Counted from the first letter of the stretch, positions 10,771 to 21,129 are shown. The stretch is DNA of 64,000 bases from an uncultured Actinomycetes bacterium (GCA_963709345.1 CAVPVX010000007.1:224001-288000); one strand, 5' to 3'. Program-made: numbers and translations. Notes: a model not told the origin generated them from the sequence alone.

Positions 10771-11886
10771 ATGCCCCGGAGCACTATCAAGCGACTCTCG
10801 TTCCTCGACCGGTACCTCACCGGCTGGATCTTCCTCGCCATGGCCGTGGGCGTGTTCCTCGGCTGGGCCTTCACCGGTGTGCCCGACTTCATCAACCAGT
10901 TCAACGTCGGCACGACGAACATCCCCATCGCCATCGGGCTCATCGTGATGATGTATCCGCCACTCGCCAAGGTGAAGTACGAGGAGCTCGGCGACGTCTT
11001 CCGCGACTACAGGATCCTGGGCCTCTCTCTGGTGCAGAACTGGCTCATCGGCCCGTTCCTGATGTTCTTCCTCGCCATCATCTTCCTGAGCGACTACCCC
11101 GAGTACATGGTAGGGCTCATCATGATCGGCCTGGCGCGCTGCATCGCCATGGTCATCGTCTGGAACCAGCTCGCCAGGGGCGACGCCGAGTACGCCGCCG
11201 GGCTGGTCGCCTTCAACAGCGTCTTCCAGGTGCTCTTCTACAGCCTCTTCGCCTGGATCTTCGTCACCAAGCTGCCGCCGCTCTTCGGCCTCGAGGGCGT
11301 CGCCGTCGACATCACCATCGGCCAGATCGCCGAGAGCGTCGCCATCTACCTCGGCATCCCGTTCGTCGCCGGGATGATCAGCCGGTATGTCGGCATCAAG
11401 ACGAAGGGTCGTGAGTGGTACGAGCAGAAGTTCATCCCGCGCATCAGCCCGCTCACACTCATCGCCCTGCTGTTCACCATCCTCGTCATGTTCAGCCTCA
11501 AGGGCGACCTCATCGTGGAGCTGCCTCTCGACGTCGTGCGCATCGCCGTGCCGCTGCTCATCTACTTCGTCGTCATGTTCTTCGTGAGCTTCTTCATGGG
11601 CCGCAAGATCGGCGCCGACTACTCCAAGACCGCGACCCTGTCCTTCACCGCCGCCAGCAACAACTTCGAGCTGGCGATCGCCGTGAGCGTGGCCGTGTTC
11701 GGGATCGGCTCGGGCGTCGCCTTCGCCGCGGTCATCGGGCCGCTCGTGGAAGTCCCAGTCCTGATCGGCCTCGTCAACGTGTCCCTGTGGCTGGGACGCA
11801 AGTACTGGGGCGTGACCGACGAACCCGTGCCGGAGGCCGTGGCCGCCGGCGTCGACGAGGTCGCCTGCGACCCCCGGAGGAGCTGA
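10771..11886 (+). CDS. acr3: Acr3-family arsenite efflux transporter
   Basis: [43 protein letters not shown]. Confidence 0.96.
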   Translation: MPRSTIKRLSFLDRYLTGWIFLAMAVGVFLGWAFTGVPDFINQFNVGTTNIPIAIGLIVMMYPPLAKVKYEELGDVFRDYRILGLSLVQNWLIGPFLMFFLAIIFLSDYPEYMVGLIMIGLARCIAMVIVWNQLARGDAEYAAGLVAFNSVFQVLFYSLFAWIFVTKLPPLFGLEGVAVDITIGQIAESVAIYLGIPFVAGMISRYVGIKTKGREWYEQKFIPRISPLTLIALLFTILVMFSLKGDLIVELPLDVVRIAVPLLIYFVVMFFVSFFMGRKIGADYSKTATLSFTAASNNFELAIAVSVAVFGIGSGVAFAAVIGPLVEVPVLIGLVNVSLWLGRKYWGVTDEPVPEAVAAGVDEVACDPRRS

Positions 11887-11887
11887 T

Positions 11888-12274
11888 ATGGACATCGCCA
11901 AGGACTCGCCGGACGCCGGGAGCATCACCGCCTTCGTCCCGTTCTTCAAGGCGATCGCCAACCCGACGCGCGCCCAGATCATCGAGTTCCTGCTGCGTGG
12001 CGAGCGCTGCGTCTGCGAGATGACCGGCCCGCTCGACCTCAGCCAGCCTCTCGTCTCGCACCACCTGGCGCTGCTTCGCGACGCCGGGCTGGTGCGCATG
12101 CGCAGCGAGGGCGCGCGCACCTACTACTCGCTCGAGTGGGAGACGTTTGACGAGGGTCTCAAGGCCTTTGTCGGCCACGTCGAACAGCTCCACGCCGCCC
12201 CACCGATCCCCAGCAACGCCGATGAGGCGTGCGCAGCCGCCGCGAAGAAGCCGGCGCGCCGCAACGCCTCGTGA
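11888..12274 (+). CDS. arsR: ArsR/SmtB family transcriptional repressor
   Basis: FKAIANPTR, ERCVCEM, SQPLVSHHLALLRDAGLV. Confidence 0.9.
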   Translation: MDIAKDSPDAGSITAFVPFFKAIANPTRAQIIEFLLRGERCVCEMTGPLDLSQPLVSHHLALLRDAGLVRMRSEGARTYYSLEWETFDEGLKAFVGHVEQLHAAPPIPSNADEACAAAAKKPARRNAS

Positions 12275-12310
12275 CCCGCGACGACTGACAGTCGAACGAA
12301 GGAGATACCC

Positions 12311-12565
12311 GTGAAGCTCGAGATCCTCGGTTCCGGTTGCGCCAACTGCCAGAAGCTGATGGCGCTGACCGAAGAGGTCGTGCGCGAGCTCGGCGTCGCC
12401 GACGCCGAGCTCGTCAAGGTGGAGGACTTCCCCACCATCATGGCCTACGGCGTGATGGCGACACCCGCTCTGGCCATCGACGGCAAGCTCGTCATGAGCG
12501 GCAAGGTGCCGTCGAAGGCCGAGGTCACCGGGCTGGTCACCACGGCCCTGGCGGCACAGGGATGA
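12311..12565 (+). CDS. Small redox-active disulfide protein (MTH895-like thioredoxin)
   Basis: KLEILGSGCANC, YGVMATPALAIDG, GKVPS; AAGGAG RBS. Confidence 0.9.
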   Translation: MKLEILGSGCANCQKLMALTEEVVRELGVADAELVKVEDFPTIMAYGVMATPALAIDGKLVMSGKVPSKAEVTGLVTTALAAQG

Positions 12566-12939
12566 CGAGAGCGCGGCGCACGCGCGGCCGGCGCGCCGGA
12601 GTCACGTTCGTTGAGCTCGGCTCGGACAAGTGCATCCCCTGCAGGGAGATGCGCCCCGTCATGGACGCCGTCCAGGCCACCTTCGGCGAACAGGTCGAGA
12701 TCGTCTTCCACGACGTCCGGGAGGATTCCACGCCGGCAGAGGAGTACGGGATCCAGATGATCCCGACCAGGTCTTTCTGGACGAGAGCGGCGAAGACCCG
12801 GATCGCGCGCTGGGTCCGCCGTGCGTGCGGGACTCTCGCCTTCCTCGCGGGAGTCTATCTCCTGCTTTCAGAGGAGCGCGAGCCGGCGGCGCTCCCCCCG
12901 CCCCCGCTGCCGTTGTCGTCACCGGCGACAACGCTTTAG
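12562..12939 (+). pseudogene. Truncated thioredoxin fused to a CcdA-like C-terminal fragment
   Basis: ELGSDKCIPC...YGIQMIPT then shifted QVFLDESGE; tail WVRRACGTLAFLAGVYLL resembles a CcdA-type C-terminal helix. Confidence 0.55.
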
Positions 12940-13069
12940 CTTTCCCTCTCCGCGCCCGATACAGGTTGCGGACGCACGACCTAGACGAACCACCCAGTCG
13001 GGGGTCGCGCGTCCGCGGGCAGAGTAGGTCTGACGGCGGGCAGTCGTCAGCCGACCGGGGAGAGAGCAG

Positions 13070-13663
13070 ATGCGCAGCAGACGGGCAGACCAGCACGGTT
13101 TCGCGTTCATCGAGCTTCTCGTCGTGATCATCATCATCGGCATCCTCGCAGCCATCGCCATCCCCATGTACATCGGCGAGCGCGACAAGGCCAAGGAAGT
13201 CTCGCTCAAGGCCAGCAGCCACATCGTGGCGGTCGAGGTCGCCACCTGCCACACGAACAGCAGCCTCAGCAACATCTACCTCGCCAGCGGCGGGTCACCC
13301 ACCAAGGCAGCGTACATCGCACGAGCGAAGACGAACGTGAGCAACGCGCTTGAGGCCGCGCTCGAGAACGGCGTTCAGAGCAGCAATGGGGACAGCATCG
13401 TCAATCCCTACTCGCACAAGAAGGCGATCCTCAACTCGGCATCCATACCCTCAGCGGCGAACGCCGGGGCCGCGGTATGGATCACGGGCCAGAAGAGCAC
13501 AGGCACATACTGCTACAACAGATTCCCGACCAACAGCACGACGAAGGCCAGGCTGGCGGGCAGCGTCGTCGCCTGCGTGAACAGCGGAACCAGCAACATC
13601 GAGATCTTCTTCGTCGACAAGAACGGCAGGAAGTCCGCCGCCTGCACCTACATCAGATTCTGA
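13070..13663 (+). CDS. Type IV pilin-like protein
   Basis: Basic leader, G|FAFIELLVVIIIIGILAAIAIP with Glu at +5; C-terminal Cys residues. Confidence 0.88.
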   Translation: MRSRRADQHGFAFIELLVVIIIIGILAAIAIPMYIGERDKAKEVSLKASSHIVAVEVATCHTNSSLSNIYLASGGSPTKAAYIARAKTNVSNALEAALENGVQSSNGDSIVNPYSHKKAILNSASIPSAANAGAAVWITGQKSTGTYCYNRFPTNSTTKARLAGSVVACVNSGTSNIEIFFVDKNGRKSAACTYIRF

Positions 13664-14286
13664 ACGGCGGCCGGCGGCGGCGCAGCCGCTCCGCCGGCCG
13701 GCGCCGCCGCGGCCTCCCGCCGGCTCAGCTCTTGCGGCGTGTACTCCTTACCGACGCTCCAGCACTTGGCCACCGGCTCGCCCAGCGACCAGTACTTCTT
13801 GCTCGACATGTCGAAGAGCAGCGGCTTGACCTTGGCGATGTCGACGATGCCGTTGGTGAGCACGTCGACGTCTGCCCAGGTGCCCACGACCTCGCCGACG
13901 AAGAGGTCGTGGGTCGGCATCGCGATGTGCTCGATGAGCTTGCACTCCATCGTGACCTTGCACTGCTCGATCATGGGAGCGTTCTCGAGCTCGCCGTAGA
14001 AGACGTCGAAGATCGCGCTCTTGTCCTCCTTGGTGCCGCTCACCATGCCGATGTGGTCGGTCACGGCGACCAGATCCTCCGAGGGCAGGCTCACACTGAA
14101 CGTCTTGTTGGCGATGATGCCCTTGTTGGTGAGGTGGATGTTGCCCATGCCGAGCGTGATGCCCTTGAGGTGAGCGATGCCGACGTGGGCGATGGTGGCG
14201 AAGTCCGCCTTGCCGTCGACGTCCGCGCCGATGATGGCGGTGACGAGCGGGTAGAGAACGTTGGTGGCGCCGAGCTTCTCCTTCAC
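13648..14286 (-). CDS. Flavin reductase-like (flavoredoxin) protein
   Basis: LYPL, FSVSLPS, GMVSG, APMIEQC..MECK, HDLFVGEV. Confidence 0.88.
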   Translation of the reverse strand: MKEKLGATNVLYPLVTAIIGADVDGKADFATIAHVGIAHLKGITLGMGNIHLTNKGIIANKTFSVSLPSEDLVAVTDHIGMVSGTKEDKSAIFDVFYGELENAPMIEQCKVTMECKLIEHIAMPTHDLFVGEVVGTWADVDVLTNGIVDIAKVKPLLFDMSSKKYWSLGEPVAKCWSVGKEYTPQELSRREAAAAPAGGAAAPPPAAVQNLM

Positions 14287-14434
14287 GGTGGCCTCTCTGG
14301 TCGCGGTGATCTGGTGCGTGACGGTTCCATACCCACGAGCAGGCCTGCGGTAATCGGGACCTCGTCGATGCGGGACGCACCGGCTCGCGACGCCCGCGGT
14401 TCACAGCGGCGCCGCGAGCCGTCATCATGGGTGC

Positions 14435-15544
14435 ATGCCGCCCACCTCGGAAACGACGGCGCGTCGCCGCAGGCGGCCGCGCCGGCGCCGCATCCCCGCC
14501 CTGTTTCTGATCGTGGTCGCCGGCGGGCTCACGATCGCTCTCGCGTTCGCCCTCGCCAGCGCCCTGGACGACGACCGCCCCCACGGACCGTACCTCATCG
14601 GCGGCTGGACTTTCGGCGATCGCGCATCCCTCGAACGAGCCATCGACGCCGGCGCGATCGACGAGGTGAGCGTCGACTGGCTGCAATCGCGCCCCGACGG
14701 CAGCGTCGTGGCGCCCAAGCTCGACACGGGCTTCATCGCCGAGGCGAAGCGGCGGGACTGCAGGGTCTTCGTGACGCTGACCGACTACGACGAGACGCGG
14801 CACACCTTCGACGCGGCGATCTCCGCCGCGATCCTCAAGACCGCGGAGTCGCGGCGGCGCCACGCCGCCGCCGTCGCCGCGTGGTGCCGCGAGTACGACG
14901 TAGCCGGCGTCGACATCGACTGGGAGGCGCTGAAGGCCTCCCAGCGCAATGCCTTCTCGGCCTTCGTCGAGGCGCTGGCGCGACGGCTGCACGACGACAA
15001 GCGCCTCATCGCCGTCGACGTCTACCCCAAGGTCCGCGAGCCCGGCGGATGGGACGGGCCGCGGTCGCAGGACTGGAAGCGCCTCGGCAGGGCGGTCGAC
15101 CAGTTCCGCATCATGACCTACAACTACTCGGGCTCCTGGTCGGGTCCGGGGCCGCTCTCGCCCCCGGACTGGATGCACCGGGTGCTCGCCTTCGCCGAGA
15201 CGCTGGTGCCGCCACGGCGCATCGTCATGGGCCTGGGCTTCTACGGCCGCGACTGGGTCGGTGACACGACAAGCGACCTCGTGTGGGGCGACGTGAGGGC
15301 CATCCGCGCCGCTCGCGATCCACTCCAGACCCGCACGGATTCGGGGGAGCTCCGCCTCGACTACCGGCGCGACGGCGACCGGCACATCGCGTACTTCCCC
15401 GACGCCGTCGCGATCGACGCCAAGCTAAGGATGCTTCTCGAGAAGCACCCGCAGGTACTCGGCGTCTACGCCTGGCACATGGGCCAGGAGGATCCCGCCG
15501 TCTGGCGCGTGCTCAAGGAGTCACTCCACACTCGCGTTCCGTAG
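14435..15544 (+). CDS. Glycoside hydrolase family 18, membrane-anchored or secreted
   Basis: N-terminal TM; catalytic DVAGVDIDWE; IMTYN; GLGFYGRDW; AWHMGQED. Confidence 0.88.
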   Translation: MPPTSETTARRRRRPRRRRIPALFLIVVAGGLTIALAFALASALDDDRPHGPYLIGGWTFGDRASLERAIDAGAIDEVSVDWLQSRPDGSVVAPKLDTGFIAEAKRRDCRVFVTLTDYDETRHTFDAAISAAILKTAESRRRHAAAVAAWCREYDVAGVDIDWEALKASQRNAFSAFVEALARRLHDDKRLIAVDVYPKVREPGGWDGPRSQDWKRLGRAVDQFRIMTYNYSGSWSGPGPLSPPDWMHRVLAFAETLVPPRRIVMGLGFYGRDWVGDTTSDLVWGDVRAIRAARDPLQTRTDSGELRLDYRRDGDRHIAYFPDAVAIDAKLRMLLEKHPQVLGVYAWHMGQEDPAVWRVLKESLHTRVP

Positions 15545-15594
15545 AGCGCCCCAGGCATCTGCCGGTGGCTCCCACCCACGCGTCTCGCCATACA

Positions 15595-15633
15595 CCGGGG
15601 CTCCGGTGCGGTCTGTCCGCACCGGAGCCCCGG
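15595..15633. terminator. Hairpin between convergent genes (probable bidirectional terminator)
   Basis: Perfect 17-bp stem CCGGGGCTCCGGTGCGG / CCGCACCGGAGCCCCGG, 5-nt loop. Confidence 0.7.
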
Positions 15634-15660
15634 AAGGTGACGCGTCGTGCCGGAGCCGGA

Positions 15661-16188
15661 TTACGGGACCAGCACGGTGTCGATCACGTGGATGACGCCG
15701 TTGGAGGTCTCGATGTCGGCGGTAACGACCTTGGCGCCGTTGACCATCACGGTCCCGTCGTCCTCGATCGTGATCTTGAGCGACTCGCCATTGACGGTCT
15801 CCGCCATCATGCCGTCACTCAGATCGGTCGACAGTACCTTGCCGGGCACGACGTGATAGGTGAGCACGTCGGTCAGGGCGCCGCTGGGATCCGCGAACAG
15901 CGCGTCCAGCGTCTCCTGAGGCACCGCCGCGAAGGCTTCGTCCGTCGGGGCGAACACGGTGAACGGGCCTTCGCCCCTCAGAGTCTCCTCGAGACCCGCA
16001 GCCTGGACGGCGCTCACGAGGCTCGTGAACGATCCGGCCTCGACGGCGGTATCGACGATGTCCTTCTGAGCCATCGTCGGTTCCGGGGTGGGCGACGCGG
16101 CTTCCTCTTCCGTACTGCCGCACGCGACGATGATGAACGGCACCGTCAGTACGGCGACCACGGCCAGTACGAGCGACCAGCGTTTCAT
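15661..16188 (-). CDS. Fasciclin (FAS1) domain lipoprotein
   Basis: Lipobox IVAC; [33 protein letters not shown]; GGAGG RBS. Confidence 0.93.
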   Translation of the reverse strand: MKRWSLVLAVVAVLTVPFIIVACGSTEEEAASPTPEPTMAQKDIVDTAVEAGSFTSLVSAVQAAGLEETLRGEGPFTVFAPTDEAFAAVPQETLDALFADPSGALTDVLTYHVVPGKVLSTDLSDGMMAETVNGESLKITIEDDGTVMVNGAKVVTADIETSNGVIHVIDTVLVP

Positions 16189-16771
16189 TGGTACCTCCCA
16201 AGCTTTGCTGTGGCTCACCGGCACTCTGACGGCCGGGGCCCCTCTGACGGAGCCGGAAGCGTTCTGGTGGAACCGCTCCGGACAATACGCCTGGAGGTAT
16301 TCTGCCCTACTTCATAGAAAAGTAATCACTTCTATAGAGTAACTCTCTAGATACGCCTAATCGGGCGTCTTCGCCCCGCATTGCGCGCTCCGCACGCGAA
16401 CTCGGTCCTCAGCCCGCGACCGCGACTGCGGCAGGTGGGAGACGCTGCGGACGACGAGCCCGGAGGGAGCGCCGGCCGGCGAGCAGACGCCCGCCGGCCG
16501 GCCGACACGACTGCCGCGCGGCGGACGCCGCGCGGCGTCCGCCGGGCGCCTGAGCAAGCTCCCGGCGGGAGGCCGGCGGACCCTCGGCGCAGCGCGGCCG
16601 AACTGCGGGAAGCCGGACCACAGTCGCTTGGACTCCTATCGCGCTACAAGGCGGAAGAATGAGCACTATCTTTCGTCAGGTCTGAAGACGACGACGCGGA
16701 CCGGCGGCGCCGTCGCGCCGCCGGTCCGCGTCGTTCACTCGGTTCTGCTGAGGCGGCCCTTGCGAGACCCG

Positions 16772-18031
16772 TCAGGCGTCCGGCGGTCGCGGCGGCTCGG
16801 GAGCTTCCGGCGCCTCGGGGGCCGGCGGCAACGAAGACCCGGCGGGCGGCGCCTGCGTGGCCGCCGTGTGGCCGCCGCTCACCTCGAGTGCGCAAGCCTG
16901 ACAGTACTCGTCCGAGCCCTCGATCAGCGCGCCGCACTGGGCGCACTGCTTCTCGAGCCGGCCACTCGAGGCGTCGACGGCCGGCCTGTGCGCCTGCGGC
17001 GCCGCGGGAGGAGGAGCCGCCGCCGGGGAACCGGCCGCGAGCGGGTCGGCAGCCGCCTTCCACGCGTCGGGTCCGGGCGGCGGCGGGCTCGGCGCCACGG
17101 GTGTTACGACCCCGGTCGCCGCCCCGGTCACCGGCGCCGACATCGGGACCGGTGGCGGGGTGCCGTAGATCGGAGCGCCGGGCGGAGGCGGAAGCGGTGC
17201 GCCCGGCATCCCCGGAGCGGGAACCGGCTCCACGGCGCCTCCGGACCCAAGATACATGACGCTGACGTAGCAGATCGTGTAGGGAGGCACGAGTACGGCG
17301 AAGACGAGGAAGAGGACGAGGCCGAGAAGGATCCCCGCCCAATCGCTGCCCTGACCCACGCCGATCGCGATCAGCAGGATGACGACGGCCGCCGCGGCGA
17401 CGACCAGACCGAGGACGACGACCATGCCGAAGGTTCGCCACCAGCCGACGCCCTTCACCATCTCGAGGCTGCGCTTGGCCGCGTCACCGAAGCCGACACC
17501 CTGATCGGCGATGAGCGGCAGGACGTACAGCCAGATCACCCCGATCCAGACGCTGATGACCAGACCCGCAAGCCACCCGATGAGCGGGATGACGTTCAGG
17601 AGCGATGTCCCGATCGAGATGCCGAACAGCACCAGCGCGTACACCACGTAGGCGCCGAACTTGCGAAAGCCGCTGAACAGGTCGCCGAACTCGACGCCAC
17701 GGTTGCCCCTGGCCGCGCCGATGACCATCTCGAACATGCCGCCGTAGAAGACCATCGCGACCACCTGCACCAGGAAGACGACGATGATGTAGACGACGAT
17801 CGCAAGAAGGATCATCCCGACGCCGAGCGCGCCGAGCGCGCCGGAGTCGTCGGCGGCCATGTTGGCCCCGATGGTGATGCCGGCCCCGGCGAATATCGCC
17901 CCGAAGACGGCCAGCGCCGCCCCCAGGATCAGCACCATGATGAGGCCGACGACGAGCCCGGCGAGGACCAGCCACCCCACGTCACGCCGCCAGAGCTCGA
18001 ATGCCTTGGCGAACACGTCGCCGATTCCCAT
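16772..18031 (-). CDS. Multi-pass membrane protein with Pro-rich linker and zinc ribbon
   Basis: About 6 TM helices; GDLFSGF, A.KRSLEMV; CAQCG...YCQAC. Confidence 0.8.
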   Translation of the reverse strand: MGIGDVFAKAFELWRRDVGWLVLAGLVVGLIMVLILGAALAVFGAIFAGAGITIGANMAADDSGALGALGVGMILLAIVVYIIVVFLVQVVAMVFYGGMFEMVIGAARGNRGVEFGDLFSGFRKFGAYVVYALVLFGISIGTSLLNVIPLIGWLAGLVISVWIGVIWLYVLPLIADQGVGFGDAAKRSLEMVKGVGWWRTFGMVVVLGLVVAAAAVVILLIAIGVGQGSDWAGILLGLVLFLVFAVLVPPYTICYVSVMYLGSGGAVEPVPAPGMPGAPLPPPPGAPIYGTPPPVPMSAPVTGAATGVVTPVAPSPPPPGPDAWKAAADPLAAGSPAAAPPPAAPQAHRPAVDASSGRLEKQCAQCGALIEGSDEYCQACALEVSGGHTAATQAPPAGSSLPPAPEAPEAPEPPRPPDA

Positions 18032-18119
18032 GTACATCCCCCCCGTTCGCCTGAAGGCCGGTCGCCCCGAAGGGCCTCGTGCCGCCAAGGTTCTCGCACC
18101 CGAGCGGCCTTGTCACGCG

Positions 18120-18989
18120 TTAGCCGGTGGTCGCCATCCCCGTGTCGTCCGGTGCTGGCGGAGGCGGCGGACTTCCCGCGGCCAGGGCCGCAGCGATGAG
18201 CCAGTCCTCGCGCCGCGATTGATAGTACATCGCCAGAAGGTAGGTGAGGCCGTAGGGACCCGTCACAAGGCCCACGGCCATTCCGGCGAACGGGATCATG
18301 GCCGCGGCAAGAGCCGCGGCCATCAGCGCCAGCTGCAGCACGAAGAGAGCCAGGAACGTCCACCACCAGCCGACGCGATGGACGAGCGCACGGCTCTCGC
18401 GCAGCGCCGCGGTCACGCCGACGCCGCGGTCGATGACGACGATCAGCGCATACGTCCAGCACACCGACAGGTAGGCGATGACGAGTCCGGCCAGGACGGC
18501 GAGCATGATGCCGATGACGATCGCCGGGACCCAGAGGAACGCGATGCCGAGCCCGATCACGACCACCGGTGTCGCCGCGACCGCCAGTGGCACCAGTAGG
18601 AAGGCGACGGTGTACACCCCCACCACGCGGCCCAGGACCCGAAACCCCGTGAAGAGGTCCCAGTAGCCCATCACGCGCCCCTCGCGCACGCGGCGAAGCG
18701 CCCCGGTGAGGACGCCTGCGTACAGCGGGATCGCCACGAGCACCATGACGGCCACCGCCGCCAGGTAGCCGGCGACCAACGCGACGACGCCGGCGACACT
18801 GAGGCCCGTGATCGCGCCGGCCTCGGCGCCGGAGACCAGACCGGGCAGCGCAACGAGCATCGCCACCAGGATGACGACCGCGACTGCCGCCCCCGGGATC
18901 AGGCCGGCCAACAGCAGCCCGACGATCAGCTGACCGATGTCCTTGAGCAGCAGTCCCCAGGCATCCTTGAAGAGCTTTCCCAGATCCAC
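18120..18989 (-). CDS. Multi-pass membrane protein, paralog of 16772-18031
   Basis: Shares GKLFKDAW/GDVFAKAF, DLFTGF/DLFSGF, ALRES/AAKRS, VGWW.TF. Confidence 0.75.
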   Translation of the reverse strand: MDLGKLFKDAWGLLLKDIGQLIVGLLLAGLIPGAAVAVVILVAMLVALPGLVSGAEAGAITGLSVAGVVALVAGYLAAVAVMVLVAIPLYAGVLTGALRRVREGRVMGYWDLFTGFRVLGRVVGVYTVAFLLVPLAVAATPVVVIGLGIAFLWVPAIVIGIMLAVLAGLVIAYLSVCWTYALIVVIDRGVGVTAALRESRALVHRVGWWWTFLALFVLQLALMAAALAAAMIPFAGMAVGLVTGPYGLTYLLAMYYQSRREDWLIAAALAAGSPPPPPAPDDTGMATTG

Positions 18990-19075
18990 GCGGCGTCCCC
19001 CCGGTCCCTCGACACGATCAGGCTGCAACACTCAGCGGGTGCCCTCGACCCGCTGCGCTGCTACCCTTGACACAT

Positions 19076-20044
19076 ATGCGCGACTGTACCCGCAGGGACT
19101 TTCTAAGAATCGCCGGCGGCGCGGCGGCCGGAGCCGCACTGGCGGCCGCAGGCTGCGGCACGCAGGTTCCATCCGACCCGCCGCAGGAGGGGCGCCTGGC
19201 GTCTCCTCCGGCATCGGCGGCAGCCGGGAACCGCGTCCCGCCGCCGCTGGCGGTAGCGCACGGCGGCGGCGCGGAGGCGCTCACCGAAGCGGCGATCACC
19301 GCGCTCGGCGGCATGAAGCGCTTCGTCAAACAGGGCGCCGACGTCGTCATCAAGCCCAACATCTGCACCGGCTATCACGGCCCCGAGTACGCGGCCACCA
19401 CCAACCCCGCCGTCGTCGGCGTCCTCGTCGGTCTGTGCCGCGCCGCCGGCGCGGCTCGCGTGCGCGTCATGGACATGCCCTTCGGCGGCCCGGCCGAGGA
19501 GGCGTACCGCACGAGCGGCATCCAGGCCGCGGTCGAACGGGCCGGCGGAGAGATGCACATCATGGCCCCCACGCGCTTCCGCGAGTACCGCATCCCGGAC
19601 GGCCGCGACCTCACCTCGTGGCCGATCTACAGCGACGTGCTCTCCTGCGACACCCTGATCGACGTCCCGATAGCGAAGGACCACGGGATGACCAGGCTGA
19701 CGCTTGGAGGCAAGAACCTCCTCGGCGTCATCCTCGACCCGGGCGACATCCACGCGAACATCGGCCAGCGGACGGCAGACCTGATCAGCGTGTGCCGCCC
19801 TACCCTCACCGTCGTCGACGCCGTTCGCGTGCTCACCGCCAACGGCCCCACCGGCGGCGACCTCAACGACGTCGAGACCTTCGACACCGTCGTCGCAAGC
19901 GCGGACATCGTGGCCGCCGACGCCTTTGCGGCCACGCTCTTCGACCTCAGCGGCGCCGACATCCCGTACGTCCAGGCCGCCTACGACATGGGCCTCGGCG
20001 AGATGGATCTGGACCGCGTCGACATCCGCCGCGTGCGCGCCTGA
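19076..20044 (+). CDS. Tat-exported DUF362-family protein (possible lipoprotein)
   Basis: TRRDFL twin-arginine motif; VVIKPN, ATTNP, PIAKDH, TLGGKNLLG, VVDAVR, D.VAAD. Confidence 0.85.
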   Translation: MRDCTRRDFLRIAGGAAAGAALAAAGCGTQVPSDPPQEGRLASPPASAAAGNRVPPPLAVAHGGGAEALTEAAITALGGMKRFVKQGADVVIKPNICTGYHGPEYAATTNPAVVGVLVGLCRAAGAARVRVMDMPFGGPAEEAYRTSGIQAAVERAGGEMHIMAPTRFREYRIPDGRDLTSWPIYSDVLSCDTLIDVPIAKDHGMTRLTLGGKNLLGVILDPGDIHANIGQRTADLISVCRPTLTVVDAVRVLTANGPTGGDLNDVETFDTVVASADIVAADAFAATLFDLSGADIPYVQAAYDMGLGEMDLDRVDIRRVRA

Positions 20045-20159
20045 GCCTACGCGTCTGCGGCGCGGCGGGCGGCCGCGGCGGGGCCGTGAGCCGGCGCCGG
20101 GACCTGCCGGAGCAACCGCTGGTGGGCCGACGCGCCGGCCCTCGGGGTAGAATCGCCGG

Positions 20160-21086
20160 GTGATGGACGAGCACGCCACCTCCCGCCTTCGCGACGCCGC
20201 CCTCGACGCCGCCCTGACTCGCCACGAACAGCTGATGGCGGAGGCCCGGCGCATCATCGACGCCGGCAACGACCGCGGCGTGACCCTCCGCCTCACCGGT
20301 GGGCTCGCCGTGCGCCACTACGCGATCGACCTGGAATTCGCCGAGCGCCACTACAGCGACATCGACCTGATCGGCCTCAAGCGCCAGGCGGCCGACGTGG
20401 GCGGTGTCTTCCGCGACCTCGGCTACCTCGAGAACCAACACGTCTCGATGGCCACCGCCAACGGCCAGCTTCAGTTCTTCATGCCGGCGCGGTCGCTGGA
20501 ATCACGGGCTCACATGGGCAAACGTGGCCATGCTCTCCCCGTGATCAGCGCAATCCCTCCGAGTGACCACATCGACGTCTTCCTCGACGCGATGCGCATG
20601 GATCACGCGATCGACTTCCGCGGCCGTCTCGAGATCAACACGTACGCCATCGACCCTGCCGACCTCTTCCTCAGCAAGCTCCAGATCGTGAACCTGAACG
20701 AGAAGGACGCCCACGACATCATCACGCTCTGCAAGGATGTGTACGTCGACTTCCGGCCGCACCCCGGCGTGCTGGACCTGCAGCACGTCGCCGAGGTCTG
20801 CGGCAGCGACTGGGGTCTCTACATCGATGTCATGAGCAACGTGGACACGGTCATCGACCATATCTCCGACTACGACCTCAGCCCGCGCGACGCCGCCCGC
20901 GTGCGTCGCACGCTCGAACTGGCACAGGACATGATGACCGAACACTCCAAGACGCTGCGCTGGAGGCTGCGTTCGCGCATCGGCAAGCGCCTCCGCTGGT
21001 ACTCCGAAGTCGAGGAGCAGTTCGGCGGCCGGACCGAGGAGACGGCGCTGGCGGTGCGCACCAAGGCCGGTCGCGCCGCGGTCTGA
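20160..21086 (+). CDS. Uncharacterised nucleotidyltransferase-fold protein
   Basis: LRLTGGLAV...YSDIDL, IDVFLD.MRMDH, DLFLSKLQI, DWGLY. Confidence 0.7.
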   Translation: MMDEHATSRLRDAALDAALTRHEQLMAEARRIIDAGNDRGVTLRLTGGLAVRHYAIDLEFAERHYSDIDLIGLKRQAADVGGVFRDLGYLENQHVSMATANGQLQFFMPARSLESRAHMGKRGHALPVISAIPPSDHIDVFLDAMRMDHAIDFRGRLEINTYAIDPADLFLSKLQIVNLNEKDAHDIITLCKDVYVDFRPHPGVLDLQHVAEVCGSDWGLYIDVMSNVDTVIDHISDYDLSPRDAARVRRTLELAQDMMTEHSKTLRWRLRSRIGKRLRWYSEVEEQFGGRTEETALAVRTKAGRAAV

Positions 21087-21129
21087 TCCGGGCGTACGAG
21101 AGCGCCGCACCCGGGGCTCCCCGGCATCC

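Noticed and set aside
12950-13060. Canonical ydaO/c-di-AMP riboswitch
   Set aside because: Every conserved block is degenerate and the 5' block fits a promoter -10 better; kept only as a candidate structured leader
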